Source of the DNA: Endomicrobiales bacterium
GTDB lineage: Bacteria; Elusimicrobiota; Endomicrobiia; Endomicrobiales; JAFGGC01
Assembly: GCA_016930715.1 (NCBI GenBank)
Contig: JAFGGC010000013.1
Coordinates: 135,796 to 199,795, forward strand
DNA: 64,000 nt
Direction of reading: 5' to 3'
The notes under the pieces were generated by a model. The model was not told the DNA's origin. It saw only the letters and a program-made list of their open reading frames with translations, and ran no database searches. Positions 9,300-20,168 of the stretch are shown here, piece by piece. The position numbers and the translations under genes are program-made. Position 1 is the stretch's first letter; every line of letters begins with the position of its first letter.

Positions 9300-10042
9300 A
9301 ACGAATGATGCGCAAAATCGCGATTTTTACCATAGCGGTATGCTGCGCCGCGGCGTTCGCGGGCGCCCAGAACGGGAACAGGTTCGTTTTTACCCAGATG
9401 AAGTATTCGGGGAAATGGGACCCGTACCCCGAGGTCTGGAGGGACATACTTGAGTTTGTCGCCGTCACCACGAGCATCAAGGCCGAATATTCGAGGAAGA
9501 TCATAACGGCCGGCGAGCCGGCGTTGTTTGCGTCCCCTTTCATCGTGGTGGCCGGCACGGAAAAATTCCCGGATCTGGGCGAAAGAGAGAGGAGCGCTCT
9601 CAGGAGTTACCTGGTAAACGGCGGGCTGATGTTCGTGGAAGATTCTTCCGCGTCGAGAAGCGGAAGCTTTGACAGTAGCTTCAAGAAAGAGATCGCGCTG
9701 CTTTTTCCCGAAACATCTCTCAAAAAACTTCCAATGAACCATCCGCTGTTCAGGTCGTACTACCTGCTGCGCAAAATCGGCGGACGCAGGATAACGAACA
9801 ATTACCTTGAGGGCATAGAAGCGGGAGGGCGCACAGTGATAGTGTATTCGCAGAACGACCTGCTCGGCGCCTGGGCAAAGGACAGGTTCGGCAATTACCT
9901 GTGGGAGTGCGCTCCGGGAGGCCAGGACCAGCGGTTCGAGGCGCAAAAACTGACGTTAAACCTCATAATGTACAGCGTCACGGGGACGTATAAAAGCGAT
10001 GCCATTCACAAGCCGTATATTCAGCGGAAACTGGGCAGGTAG
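9296..10042 (+). CDS. DUF4159 domain protein (secreted)
   Basis: Signal peptide, then FVFTQMKYSGKWDPYPEVW, PFIVVAGTEKFP, LRSYLVNGGLMFVED. This fits my recollection of DUF4159 and its usual position after BatA-like genes. ATGA overlap. Confidence 0.7.
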   Translation: MKRMMRKIAIFTIAVCCAAAFAGAQNGNRFVFTQMKYSGKWDPYPEVWRDILEFVAVTTSIKAEYSRKIITAGEPALFASPFIVVAGTEKFPDLGERERSALRSYLVNGGLMFVEDSSASRSGSFDSSFKKEIALLFPETSLKKLPMNHPLFRSYYLLRKIGGRRITNNYLEGIEAGGRTVIVYSQNDLLGAWAKDRFGNYLWECAPGGQDQRFEAQKLTLNLIMYSVTGTYKSDAIHKPYIQRKLGR

Positions 10043-12207
10043 TGTTTCACGCGCGGGGCGATATGTTTCATTTTAGTTTCAGGGAACTGGATTACATCGT
10101 GCTTCTTTCGTTTGCGGCCGCCTGCGCGGGGTTTTACCTTCTTTACCGCCAGAGGATAAAGGCGGTCGTTTTTTATTTGAGGGTATTGTGCGTCGCGCTG
10201 ATGCTGTTCGCCCTGATGAGGCCCGTTTTCGCGCCGGTGTCCGGAGATAAGCGGCAGCGCCTTGCCGTCGCGGTGGACGTTTCGCAAAGCATGAAGATGA
10301 CCGGAAGGCTGTCGTCGGCTGTCAGCCGTCTTGAAAAAATTGAACCCGATTTGAAAAGGAAATACATTGTCCGTTATTACGGGTTTGGAAGCTACGCGGG
10401 CAGGGTCAAGAACGCGCAATCCCTGAAGAAGACGGTTTTTGGCTCCGGGACCGACGTTCACAGGTCCCTTTGGGACGTGGTAAGGGAGGAAGGCGGCGGG
10501 TTGTCGGGAGTGCTCCTGGTTTCCGACGGCAACCACAACAAAGGGGAGCTGGCCGCCTCGTGGGTGGAAGAACTCAATACCAGCATTTCTGTCCTGCGGC
10601 CCGAAGTTAAGGATGAATTCAGGGACGTGGCGGTGAGGTCCGTCAGCGTGGGCGATTTTGCTTTCAAGAACGTCCCGGTTGAGATCACGGCAAAGATCTC
10701 GGCCCAGGGGCTTACAGGAAAAAAACTCACGGTAAACCTGAAGAGCGTGGCGCCGGATCGCAGGCTCATTTCCTCAAAGCAGGTCCCTATCGGTTCGGCT
10801 AAGGAGTTAAATGACGTACGGTTTGTTTTCACGCCCGCCGTTTCCGGAGGATACGCCTACGAGGTCGAAGCCGTTCCGTTGAGGGGCGAAGCTACCACCG
10901 CCAACAACAGGAAGGAATTTTCGCTCGATATCATCAGGGACAAGGTGAGGATACTCTACCTCTGCGGCCAGCCGGGTCCGGAATACGCTTTTTTGAGGCA
11001 CACCTTGAAGAGCGATCCGTTGTTCGAGCTCGTTTCTTTCGTCATACTGAGGAACCCTGAAAACCTGACGCTCGTGCCCGATCTTGACCTGGCGCTCATA
11101 GCGTTCCCGGTGCACAACATCTTCTCGAAAGACATTTATGATTTTGATATACTTATCCTTGAGAATTTTACGTACAGGAGGTTCGGTTTTTTGCCGGAAT
11201 ACCTGGCCAATATCCGGAACTGGGTCACGGACAGGGGCGGCGGGCTGCTTATGTCGGGCGGCGAGAACGCCTTCGGAAGCGGCGGATGGGACAATACGCC
11301 GGTCGCGGAAGTCCTCCCGGTAACCCAGCAGGAAGAGCAGTTCTGGGAAGACGGCTTTTTCAGGCCTCAGGTTACGGCGCCCGGCCATCAGATAATGAGC
11401 GTTTTTGAAGAGAGAAAACAGAACGAGGATGCTTTCAAGAACATCATAGAGCTGGACGGCTGCCAGCGGCTTTCGGCGAAACCGCGTTCCGAAGTCCTGA
11501 TGAAGCATCCCTTCGGCGGCTGGGCGGTCCTTGCCGCCTGGGAGAAGGGCAGGGGCAGGGTCGTCGCGCTGGGCGCTAACACCACCTGGCGGTGGGCGCT
11601 CGGGTCCCGCTATCCGGAGTTCTACGTGCGGTTCTGGAGGAACGTGATGCGCTACCTCTCCAGAAAGAACGATTCAAAAAAATTCTACGCGCATTTCGAC
11701 AGCCAGCAGTATTTCGCCGGCCAGGAGTTCACGCTTCGCCTGAGGCAGACTGAACAGTCGCCGGACGAACGGATAGACGTGACGATGGTCAGCCCTTCCG
11801 GGGCAAGAAGCGTTCTTTCCGTGTCGCGCAGCGGAAAGAGGGAATGGTCGTGCACGGGAACTTACGCTAAGACGGGGCGGTATGAATTCAGGATCAGGTC
11901 GGTTTCGGGCAGAAGGCCGGTTTACGAAGAGTCGATAACCACGGAAGTCGGCTCGTCCGACGTCAGGGAGGAGTCGGAGCTCGGCGTGGACGAAGAGTTC
12001 CTCGCTGGGATAGCCGAGAGGTCGGGCGGAGCGGTGTTCGAAGCTTCCGGCTTTGCGCCCGAAGGGCTTTCTTCGAAAATGAAGAAGGCGGAAACACGGG
12101 CCGGGGTGGCGCAAAAACCGGTGTGGGACTCGCGGTACCTGCTGCTTGCTATAATCGGGTTGTTCCTTTTTGAGCTTTACCTGCGGAAGAGGTACGGCAT
12201 CGCGTAA
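10042..12207 (+). CDS. Membrane protein with vWA-like MIDAS and GATase1-like (ThuA/DUF1355-like) domain
   Basis: N-terminal TMs are present. The DxSxS motif is VDVSQSM. Also seen are LLVSDGNHN, YLCGQPGPEYAFLRHTL and GGGLLMSGGENAFGSGGW, with a C-terminal TM. The GTG at 10042 overlaps the upstream stop (TAGTG). ATG at 10063 is an alternative start. Confidence 0.6.
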   Translation: MFHARGDMFHFSFRELDYIVLLSFAAACAGFYLLYRQRIKAVVFYLRVLCVALMLFALMRPVFAPVSGDKRQRLAVAVDVSQSMKMTGRLSSAVSRLEKIEPDLKRKYIVRYYGFGSYAGRVKNAQSLKKTVFGSGTDVHRSLWDVVREEGGGLSGVLLVSDGNHNKGELAASWVEELNTSISVLRPEVKDEFRDVAVRSVSVGDFAFKNVPVEITAKISAQGLTGKKLTVNLKSVAPDRRLISSKQVPIGSAKELNDVRFVFTPAVSGGYAYEVEAVPLRGEATTANNRKEFSLDIIRDKVRILYLCGQPGPEYAFLRHTLKSDPLFELVSFVILRNPENLTLVPDLDLALIAFPVHNIFSKDIYDFDILILENFTYRRFGFLPEYLANIRNWVTDRGGGLLMSGGENAFGSGGWDNTPVAEVLPVTQQEEQFWEDGFFRPQVTAPGHQIMSVFEERKQNEDAFKNIIELDGCQRLSAKPRSEVLMKHPFGGWAVLAAWEKGRGRVVALGANTTWRWALGSRYPEFYVRFWRNVMRYLSRKNDSKKFYAHFDSQQYFAGQEFTLRLRQTEQSPDERIDVTMVSPSGARSVLSVSRSGKREWSCTGTYAKTGRYEFRIRSVSGRRPVYEESITTEVGSSDVREESELGVDEEFLAGIAERSGGAVFEASGFAPEGLSSKMKKAETRAGVAQKPVWDSRYLLLAIIGLFLFELYLRKRYGIA

Positions 12208-12268
12208 ACACGGAAGTTGGATTTTAAATATCTATTTTCGCGGAATTGCGGATGATGGAGCCGGACAG

Positions 12269-14305
12269 ATGATTTATTGGCCGTTGTTTCTCGTTTATTT
12301 CGTCCTGTACCTTTTTTCGCTTTCGCCGAGCATTTCGGTGGGAGATTCGGGCGAGCTCTGCGCCTCAAGCGTCATACTCGGCGTGGCGCACAGCCCGGGC
12401 TATCCGCTTTTTTCGCTTATCGGGAAAGCGGCGACCGTCATTGTCCCTTTCGGTAATCTTGCCTACAGAATCAATATATTGAGCGCTTTGTTCGGTGCTG
12501 CGTCCCTGGTGGTAATCATCAGCTCGTTTATGGCGGCGTTGAAATTCGAAAAGGAGAAGTTAGGTTTTTCAGAAGCGGGGGTTCTTCTCGTCGCGTCTCT
12601 CTTCGTGGGCGTATCTCCCGCTTTCTGGAGCTCGTCGGTCCAGTCCGAGGTATTCACCCTTAACGCCTTCATCGCCGCGCTTCTGATACGGGCGGTAGTC
12701 GCTGCGCGGTACGAGCTCGCGGCGTTTATCTTCGGCATCGGGCTCGGCAACCATCACACGCTCGTTTTCCTTTCGCCGCTGTTCATCTTCGCCTTTTCGG
12801 GAGCCGGCAGCGCGTTCAAAAAGTCGGCTGCCATGTTTTTCGCTTTTCTGCTGGGTTTCAGCGTCTACTTCTACCTTCCCGTGCGTTCCGCCAAGGACCC
12901 CGGGCTTGACTGGGGTAATGCCGAAACGCCGGCGAACATCCTGCGGGTCATAAGAAGAGCCGATTACGGGTCCTTGTCCCTGACGGTGGGAAAAAAGATA
13001 GAGAGAAACGTTTCGAACACTTTCCGCCAGATAATTGAGTTCGCCGCGTCAATGAACAGGCAGTTTACCGTTCTGGGCATCGCGCTCGGGCTGTTCGGCA
13101 TATACGCGGCGGTTAGGAAAAAGCACAGGTTTTTCAACGCCCTCGTCCTGATATGGTTCATCGCGGGTCCCGGGTTCGCGCTTCTTGCCAACATGCCGTT
13201 CACCGCCCAGACAAAAGGGGTGATGGAGAGGTTCCACGTTTTCACCAACCTTTTATGGTTTTTTCCGGTGGCTCTGGGACTGAATGAACTTGCCAGGAGC
13301 AGGTTCGGCGGCATGCTCCTGGTGCCGGCGGGCGCGGTAATGCTGGCGGCGGCGGTGCCGGTCCATAACCAAGTCACGATGAGGAACTATTACCTTGCCT
13401 ACGACTATGGCAAGAACCTCCTGAAGACCCTCGCTCCCGGTTCGGTCTTTTTTATGGACGGAGGCGACGACACATTCTACAGCATGGCTTATCTGTGTTT
13501 CGCAGAAAAGAGGCGGCAGGACGTAGAGCTTCACGACAGGGGCGGGCTCGTTTTTAAAAGCGTTTACGGGCCCGACTTCAGAAGGATCCCGCCGCAACTC
13601 AAGGAAAAGCGCAGGAACCGGGTCGAGATGACATATCTTGGCATGCGCCCGCTCTATTATTCGACTTTCAACGTCGAGGTAATGCCGGGCGTGAAAATGG
13701 TGCCGGACGGCGTGCTCTACAAGCCCGGGAGCCAAAAAGGCCCCAACACGATGGAGTTCTACAGCTTGAGGGGGGTTTTTGACGGTAGTTACAGCGACCA
13801 CAGGAGCAGGGCGCTGGTGCCGATATATCCTTTTTTCATGGAACTGGAAAGCGGTGATAAAGAAAAGTACAGATACTGGAACTTCGCGCGCCTTTCGTGG
13901 CCCGAGATAGGGTGGCTTTCAAACAATCTGAAAGTAGAGATGGTCCAGCGGGGGTACAGGCAGCTCGTCGCTGGACGATATGACGAAGCCGAAAGGACGT
14001 ACGATCTTCTTCTTGAATGGTTCCCGGACGAGAGTTCAGTGCTCGTTAACCTCGGAGTAATAAACGAAAAAAGGGGGGACGCCGAGGCGGCCAAAAAGCT
14101 GTACCTCAGGGCCATTGAGCTGGACCCGAAAATGGCCGACGCTTATTATAACTTGAGCGTGATATTCTGGCGAGAGAAAAACTGGGAGATGGTTGTCAAA
14201 AACCTCGAAAGGCTTCTTGATGTAAACCCGAAGGATGAAAGAGGCAGGCATTTTATGCCCCTTGCCGTCGAGAACCTCAGTAAAACAAAGGGAAACGTGA
14301 AGTGA
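12269..14305 (+). CDS. DUF2723 (TMEM260-like GT-C fold) glycosyltransferase fused to C-terminal TPRs, paralogue 1
   Basis: The first loop is SPSISVGDSGELCASSVILGVAHSPGYPLF. There are more than 8 TM segments and a C-terminal TPR region (NLGVINEKRGDAEAAKKLYLRAIELDPKMADAYYNLSVIFWREKNW). ATG at 12269 is preceded by GGAG at 12257-12260. The ORF-track start at 12170 overlaps the upstream gene. Confidence 0.75.
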   Translation: MIYWPLFLVYFVLYLFSLSPSISVGDSGELCASSVILGVAHSPGYPLFSLIGKAATVIVPFGNLAYRINILSALFGAASLVVIISSFMAALKFEKEKLGFSEAGVLLVASLFVGVSPAFWSSSVQSEVFTLNAFIAALLIRAVVAARYELAAFIFGIGLGNHHTLVFLSPLFIFAFSGAGSAFKKSAAMFFAFLLGFSVYFYLPVRSAKDPGLDWGNAETPANILRVIRRADYGSLSLTVGKKIERNVSNTFRQIIEFAASMNRQFTVLGIALGLFGIYAAVRKKHRFFNALVLIWFIAGPGFALLANMPFTAQTKGVMERFHVFTNLLWFFPVALGLNELARSRFGGMLLVPAGAVMLAAAVPVHNQVTMRNYYLAYDYGKNLLKTLAPGSVFFMDGGDDTFYSMAYLCFAEKRRQDVELHDRGGLVFKSVYGPDFRRIPPQLKEKRRNRVEMTYLGMRPLYYSTFNVEVMPGVKMVPDGVLYKPGSQKGPNTMEFYSLRGVFDGSYSDHRSRALVPIYPFFMELESGDKEKYRYWNFARLSWPEIGWLSNNLKVEMVQRGYRQLVAGRYDEAERTYDLLLEWFPDESSVLVNLGVINEKRGDAEAAKKLYLRAIELDPKMADAYYNLSVIFWREKNWEMVVKNLERLLDVNPKDERGRHFMPLAVENLSKTKGNVK

Positions 14306-16302
14306 AAACGTTGCTGGGCGCTCTGATTTTTCTGTCGGTCTTTGCCGTGTACCTGTCCACGATGACCCCCTCGCTGACGGACGACGATTCCGGCGAGTTG
14401 GCCGCGGTGGGTGCCGTGCTGGGAACCGCGCATTCGCCCGGATACCCTCTTTATTGCATGGTGTCGAAGTTATTCGCCGAAACGTTTCCTTTCGCGAACT
14501 ACGCATACAGGGTCAACCTTGTTTCGGCTTTTTTCATAGCTCTGGCGGCGCTGGTGGTTTTCCTGTTTTCCGGATTCATCGTGAAGGACGCGGCGGTCTC
14601 GGCCGCGGTCGCGATGATGTTCGCGTTCTCAAAATCGGTGTGGTCCATGGCAAACGTGACGGAGGTCTACGGCGTCGCGGCATTTTTCCTGTCGGTGATG
14701 CTGCTCGTAATGTTTGCCGGCGCCGGCGCGCGGGTGCTTCCGCTTTATCTTGCCTCTTTTGTCTTCGGTCTGGGGCTTCTAGCGCACTACACGATAGGAT
14801 TTTCAGTGTTCGGTCTCCTGTTGTGGGCGGTGTTCAACAAAAAGGAGCTCGTGTTGAAAAGGCCGGCGGCGCTTTTGAGCGCTTTTTTATGGGCGGCGGC
14901 AGGTTTTTCGGCGGTAATGTATATATACATCAGGGCGAAGGCCGCCCCGGTGGTGTCGTGGGAGGAGCCGGACACGCTGGAACGTTTCTGGCAGGTGGTG
15001 GCGCGTTTCAGGTACGGGACGGCGGCGCTCGCTCAGGGAGGCATGCCGCCGCTTGACCCCGCGACCATATGGCGGAAAACAGTTTTCTTCGTTAAAATGC
15101 TGTCGGAAAATTTCACTGTTTTCGGTTTTCTGTTGTTTCTTTTCGGGGTATTCGTTGCTTTAAAGGATAAAAGAACCGGCTGGCCGGTGCTCTTGATGCT
15201 TCTGGCGCTCGGCCCCGGCTTTCTTCTGGCGGCAAACGTCGGCATGGACCCGGGTTCGGCCGAACTCCTGAAGAGGTTCTTCTTTCTTTCCGTCATAGTT
15301 TCGCTGGCGCTCATCGCCAATGGCCTCGGAAAAATACCGGAAAAGGCGGCCAGGGTGTCTTTGTTCATACCGGTGTACCTGTTGTTTTTCAATTTCGGCC
15401 AGATGAACCACAGGAACGAATACGCCTTCAACGATTACGCGAAAAACATACTAAGGACCCTGCCCGAAGGCTCGCTGCTTTTCTGCGACAGGGCCGACGA
15501 GATGGAGTTTTGCCTCGGGTATTACATGTTCGCCGAGAACAGGAGGGCCGATACCGTCATAGTCGATTGCAACGCCGGCATAACAAGGAGCATCTACGGG
15601 CCCGGGTATTACCGCATCTGGGGTAAACCGCGGCTCGCGATAAGAAAGAAGGTCGAGTCGGAAATAATAAGAAAGACCGAAAGGCCGGTCTATTACGCCA
15701 CGTTCTATCCGGATATGATAGACATACCCCGTTATCCCGAAGGGCTGATATTCAGGGCAAAGCCCGGCGGAAGCTCAAAATTTCCCTGGTGGGAGACCTA
15801 CGCTTTGAGAAAACCGCAGGAAAAGAGCATGAGCGCCAGGACGAAAAGCCTGATAATTTCCAATTACTACATAATGAGCGAGTACGCGCTCGGTCTCGGC
15901 GACGCAAAAAAGGCCGAGGATTTTATCGCGGGCTTAAGAGCTTACGATGAAACAAAAAGATGGATGCCGACGGTCGCATACATGTTCCACAAGCGCGGAA
16001 TGCTAAAAGAGGCAAAGAGGTACTACGAAGAAGCGGACGCGTCGGGGCTGGAGGTGCCGCTGATTTACACGAACCTCGGCGTGATTCTTGAGTCCGAGGG
16101 TAAGTCCGAAGAGGCGCTTGCCGCGTACGAGAGGTCTGCCTCACTTGACCCTGAAAATCCGCAGGTCTTTTTCAACATAGCCGTGCTCTACTGGAGAAAA
16201 GGCGAGTGGGACAGGGTGATAGACAATCTGGAAAAGGTGATCGCCCTTGACCCCGGGAACGCCCGGGCGCGGGGGTATCTTGAACAGGCCAGGCAAAAGT
16301 AG
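14302..16302 (+). CDS. DUF2723-TPR glycosyltransferase, paralogue 2
   Basis: TPSLTDDDSGELAAVGAVLGTAHSPGYPLY, multi-TM, and C-terminal TPRs (NLGVILESEGKSEEALAAYERSASLDPENPQVFFNIAVLYWRKGEW). GTGA overlap with paralogue 1. Confidence 0.75.
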   Translation: MKTLLGALIFLSVFAVYLSTMTPSLTDDDSGELAAVGAVLGTAHSPGYPLYCMVSKLFAETFPFANYAYRVNLVSAFFIALAALVVFLFSGFIVKDAAVSAAVAMMFAFSKSVWSMANVTEVYGVAAFFLSVMLLVMFAGAGARVLPLYLASFVFGLGLLAHYTIGFSVFGLLLWAVFNKKELVLKRPAALLSAFLWAAAGFSAVMYIYIRAKAAPVVSWEEPDTLERFWQVVARFRYGTAALAQGGMPPLDPATIWRKTVFFVKMLSENFTVFGFLLFLFGVFVALKDKRTGWPVLLMLLALGPGFLLAANVGMDPGSAELLKRFFFLSVIVSLALIANGLGKIPEKAARVSLFIPVYLLFFNFGQMNHRNEYAFNDYAKNILRTLPEGSLLFCDRADEMEFCLGYYMFAENRRADTVIVDCNAGITRSIYGPGYYRIWGKPRLAIRKKVESEIIRKTERPVYYATFYPDMIDIPRYPEGLIFRAKPGGSSKFPWWETYALRKPQEKSMSARTKSLIISNYYIMSEYALGLGDAKKAEDFIAGLRAYDETKRWMPTVAYMFHKRGMLKEAKRYYEEADASGLEVPLIYTNLGVILESEGKSEEALAAYERSASLDPENPQVFFNIAVLYWRKGEWDRVIDNLEKVIALDPGNARARGYLEQARQK

Positions 16303-16374
16303 GGACAGACACCATTTTTAACAAATCCCACCCCGGAGGTGGGCTCGGTTACGTCCTCTATAAAGAAGTAAAAA

Positions 16375-18498
16375 ATGATTGCATTCTTTACAATCTTCAT
16401 CATTTATCTGATAACCCTTTTCCCGGGGCTTGCTCCCTACAGGGACACCGGTGAGATGGTGAGCGTCGCTCATACCCTTGGCGTTGCCCATCCCCCGGGC
16501 TATCCGTTTTACATACTTGTATCCAAGGTGTTCATGGCGGTGCTAGGGCTCGGCAACCTTGCCTGGAGGATGAACGTCCTTTCCGCGCTTGCCGGGGCGC
16601 TGGCCGTCTGGGCGGTGTACCGGTTGTTCCTTGGGATGAAACTGACAAGGACGGCGTCGTTTTTTCTTTCCGTGCTTTTCGGCACGTCCTACCTGCAGTG
16701 GTACCTTTCGCTGGTTCAGGAGATGTACACCTTGAACATCCTTTTCGCTTCTGTTCTGATACTTCTTGTCCACCGCGCGGTTTCGTCCGGCGCGCCCTCG
16801 GCCATTGCGAAACGCCTGTATTTCATCTCGTTCATCTTCGGGATCGGACTCGGCTGCAGGATGGACCTCCTGATGCTTGCCCCGGGCCTCGTCTTCATAG
16901 TCTTCTCTAAAAGAAAGGAGCTTAAAGCCGCCAACATAGCCGCGGCGTTACTGTTTTTCGGCGCCGGGTTTTCGGTATACCTCTACCTTATGCTGCGCTC
17001 GGGGCTCTACCCGATGATAGACTGGAACCATCCCGGGACTTTCAAGGGCCTGTTGTCCTCGCTGATGAGAAAGACGCACGGCGGCACGCTGGACCTGATC
17101 TCTACCAACTACGCTCCAGGCGAGAATTTTATTTCGACGTTGGGTTTTTACTTCGCTCATCTCGCGAGGGGGTCCGCCTATGCCGGGCTCGCGCTCGGCG
17201 CTTTCGGCGCGTGGCATTCGTTCAGGCGGAACTGGGTTTTCGCCGTTTTCCTCCTTGCCTCGTGGTTTTTTTCGGGACCGCTTTTCATATACCTTGCAAA
17301 CATGCCGCCGAACCCTCACGCGCTGGCCATACTTGAGGCGCATTTTCTTCTTCCGAACCTTTTTTTCGCGGTGTGGATTGGCGAAGGGTTCTTGTTCCTC
17401 TGGCCGCGTATCGCAAGGATACACGGCTGGCTGCCCGCCGCCGCGGTTCTTTGCCTCGTTCTTTTGAACCTGAAGCTGCACTGCGCCGAACTTAACAAGC
17501 GGGACAATTTCATAGCTTACGATTACTCGAAAAACGTTCTCAGGTCTCTTCCGAAGGGCTCCGTCGTAGTGATGAAAAAAGACGTCCAGCTTTTTTCAGT
17601 GTGGAACAAGCAGTTCGTGGAGAAAAAAAGGCCCGACCTACTTCTCGTGAGCCAGGGCCTGGCCGGTTCACCGTGGTACCAGAAGGTATTTCACAAGTAC
17701 AGGGAGCCGCTGTTTCTGTGCCGGCTCGACGAGCCGGAGGACTGGGCAAGGTTTGCGGCGCTCAATCCGTCAAAGAGGATATTCCATTCGCTTGACGCAG
17801 ACTACAGGCATCCGGACGGCTACGCGCAGACCGGGCACGGCCTAGTGGCGGAAACGTCGAAAGAAAATGATGCCGGGACTTCAGGCGTGCTTCTTGAGCA
17901 CGTATACCCTTTCAGGGGAAAGTACGATTATCCGGCGTACAGGGAGTTCTTCACGCCAGACCTGATAGAGGAATACGTTAAGGCGTTTCTTAATTTCGGA
18001 ATAAACGAGATGAACGGGGGCAGGAGCGAAAGGGCCCTGAAAAACATGGAACAGGCGCTGGCCTTCAAGCCGCTTTTTCCCATAGCGGACAACTACATTG
18101 CTTTCATCCATTTCAACGCCGGCAGGCACGGCCGGGCTGAAGAAAGCTACGTCAAGGCCGCGCGCGGCTACGGCGAGATGGTGGAGCTGGCCGAAAAATA
18201 CAACGCTCTGGAGTCCGTTGCCAGCTCGATGAAGCGAAGCCTTTCGGACGTCTACATTTCGCTCGGCGTCTGCAGGGAAAAGGCCTCCGACGACGGCGGC
18301 GCGCTGGGGTTTTACACGAAGGCCCTTGAATCGGACCCGTCCCAGGCCCGGGCGTATTTCAACAGGGCGGTCATTTACTGGAAGAAAAACGACTGGAGGA
18401 AGGTCGTCGCGGAGCTTGAAAACGCTCTCAGGATCAACCCGAACTACGCCGAAGCGGCCTATTACCTCGAACAGGCGAAGAACAGGTTAAGGAACTGA
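16375..18498 (+). CDS. DUF2723-TPR glycosyltransferase, paralogue 3
   Basis: FPGLAPYRDTGEMVSVAHTLGVAHPPGYPFY, multi-TM, and C-terminal TPRs (FYTKALESDPSQARAYFNRAVIYWKKNDW). Confidence 0.75.
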   Translation: MIAFFTIFIIYLITLFPGLAPYRDTGEMVSVAHTLGVAHPPGYPFYILVSKVFMAVLGLGNLAWRMNVLSALAGALAVWAVYRLFLGMKLTRTASFFLSVLFGTSYLQWYLSLVQEMYTLNILFASVLILLVHRAVSSGAPSAIAKRLYFISFIFGIGLGCRMDLLMLAPGLVFIVFSKRKELKAANIAAALLFFGAGFSVYLYLMLRSGLYPMIDWNHPGTFKGLLSSLMRKTHGGTLDLISTNYAPGENFISTLGFYFAHLARGSAYAGLALGAFGAWHSFRRNWVFAVFLLASWFFSGPLFIYLANMPPNPHALAILEAHFLLPNLFFAVWIGEGFLFLWPRIARIHGWLPAAAVLCLVLLNLKLHCAELNKRDNFIAYDYSKNVLRSLPKGSVVVMKKDVQLFSVWNKQFVEKKRPDLLLVSQGLAGSPWYQKVFHKYREPLFLCRLDEPEDWARFAALNPSKRIFHSLDADYRHPDGYAQTGHGLVAETSKENDAGTSGVLLEHVYPFRGKYDYPAYREFFTPDLIEEYVKAFLNFGINEMNGGRSERALKNMEQALAFKPLFPIADNYIAFIHFNAGRHGRAEESYVKAARGYGEMVELAEKYNALESVASSMKRSLSDVYISLGVCREKASDDGGALGFYTKALESDPSQARAYFNRAVIYWKKNDWRKVVAELENALRINPNYAEAAYYLEQAKNRLRN

Positions 18499-20168
18499 TG
18501 GATAACAGGAAAGCGCAGGTTATAACGCTGTTATTATTTATCGCGGCGCATTTGGCGCTCGGGATGTACGCCGCGGGCAGGCTTTCGCCGACCTACGACG
18601 AGCACATACATCTTGCCTCCGGATACACGTATTTGAAACTCAACGACTACAGGCTGAATACCTCCGACCATCCGCCTTTCTCGGAGATGTGGGCGGCGCT
18701 TCCGCTTCTTTTTATGGGGCCTTCGGTGCCGGTGCATCATCCCTACTGGGAGAAGGCAAGAAAGCACCAGTACGCGTTCTCGGACATATTCGTTTACCAC
18801 AACAGGGTCGACCCGGAAAAGATGCTCAAAGCGGGCAGGGCGATGACCCTGCTTCTTTCGCTCGCGCTGGGTTTCCTGGTTTTCAAGTGGGCGAAGGATC
18901 TTTTCGGCACGCGTTCCGGGTTTCTTGCTCTCGCGTTATGGTGTTTCATGCCCGTTTTCCTGGCAAACGGCATGCTTGTTACGACCGACACGGCCATGAC
19001 GCTGTTCTATTTTTCAACCGTTTACTTTCTGTGGTTGTGGACGAAAAGCGCCAAAAGGAAGGGCAGCGGCTACAGAAGGGACGCGGTCCTTTTAGGCGCG
19101 TCTTTGGGTCTTCTTTTCGCGTCGAAATATTCCGCGCTCGCGATGCTGCCGGTTGCGGCGGCGATACTGGCGGCGTTCTACGTCGAGGAAAAAAAGGTAG
19201 ACCCGAGGTTCACCGTTTCGCTTTTCATAGCCGCCGCCTCCGCGGTGATAGTGCTGGAATTGGTTTACAGGTTCAATCCGCTCGGCCCGTACTTTTTCTA
19301 CGGCCTGAAAAGGGTGCTCTCCGGCGTCGCGTCCGGAAGGTCGAGTTTCCTGATGGGCGACCATTCAACCACCGGCTGGTGGTATTATTTCCCGGTCGTG
19401 TTCTTTTTCAAGACGCCCGCGGGTTTTCTGGCGCTTCTTGCGGCGTCGTTTTTCAGAAAAGAAATGTACCGGAAGGAGTACGCGCTGTTTCTGCTCCTTC
19501 CTGCGCTGTTTTATTTTGCCGTAAGCTGTTTTTCGAAAGTCCAGATAGGCCAGAGGCACATAATGCTGGTGTATCCGTTCCTTATAGTATGGGTATCGGG
19601 TCTTCTGGCGGAAGGCGCGGGGAAGGCCGCTAAGGTGTTCGTGGCCGCGATGCTGGTTTTTTTCGTCGTTTCGGCCGTGAAAGCGCGTCCGTGGTACCTG
19701 TCGTACTGCAACGAATTCGTCCCTTCGGGCAGGGGACACGAATATTTCACCGATTCCAATCTCGACTGGGGCCAGGGATTGAAAGAATTATCCCGATACC
19801 TGAAAGACAGGAATTCGGGCGGCATATATATGTGCTATTTCGGCACGGGCGACCCGTCATACTACGGAATAAGGTACCGGCCCATAGGTTTCATCGACAA
19901 CATAAGCGATACGGAGGCGCGCGACCTCAGACGCGGAGACAGGATAGATTTTTCAAGGCAAGCCGATGTCCTTTTCGCGATCTCCGCCACGAACCTTCAG
20001 GCGACGTACTACAAGGACAAGGGGGTATTCTCCTTTTTAAAGGATGTCGTTCCCGAAGCGGTCGTCGCGCGTTCCATATTCGTTTATGACCTTACAAAGA
20101 ACAAGCGGGCATTTTTGGAACTGACGAACCTTATCAAGGCAGTGAGAGGAGAACAAAATGGACATTAG
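18498..20168 (+). CDS. GT-C fold glycosyltransferase, PMT_2/ArnT-like (GT39/GT83-like)
   Basis: The first-loop acidic motif is SPTYDEHIHLASGYTYL. There are more than 10 TM segments and a soluble C-terminal domain. The 1-nt overlap (TGATG) links it to paralogue 3. Confidence 0.65.
   Translation: MDNRKAQVITLLLFIAAHLALGMYAAGRLSPTYDEHIHLASGYTYLKLNDYRLNTSDHPPFSEMWAALPLLFMGPSVPVHHPYWEKARKHQYAFSDIFVYHNRVDPEKMLKAGRAMTLLLSLALGFLVFKWAKDLFGTRSGFLALALWCFMPVFLANGMLVTTDTAMTLFYFSTVYFLWLWTKSAKRKGSGYRRDAVLLGASLGLLFASKYSALAMLPVAAAILAAFYVEEKKVDPRFTVSLFIAAASAVIVLELVYRFNPLGPYFFYGLKRVLSGVASGRSSFLMGDHSTTGWWYYFPVVFFFKTPAGFLALLAASFFRKEMYRKEYALFLLLPALFYFAVSCFSKVQIGQRHIMLVYPFLIVWVSGLLAEGAGKAAKVFVAAMLVFFVVSAVKARPWYLSYCNEFVPSGRGHEYFTDSNLDWGQGLKELSRYLKDRNSGGIYMCYFGTGDPSYYGIRYRPIGFIDNISDTEARDLRRGDRIDFSRQADVLFAISATNLQATYYKDKGVFSFLKDVVPEAVVARSIFVYDLTKNKRAFLELTNLIKAVRGEQNGH

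Noticed and set aside
16326-16342. There are two GC hairpins: cccacc-ccgga-ggtggg between DUF2723 paralogues 2 and 3, and cccggg...cccggg at about 25932-25955. These could be terminators.
   Set aside because: The stems are short (6 bp) and no downstream T-tract is present. They could form by chance and were not called as features.
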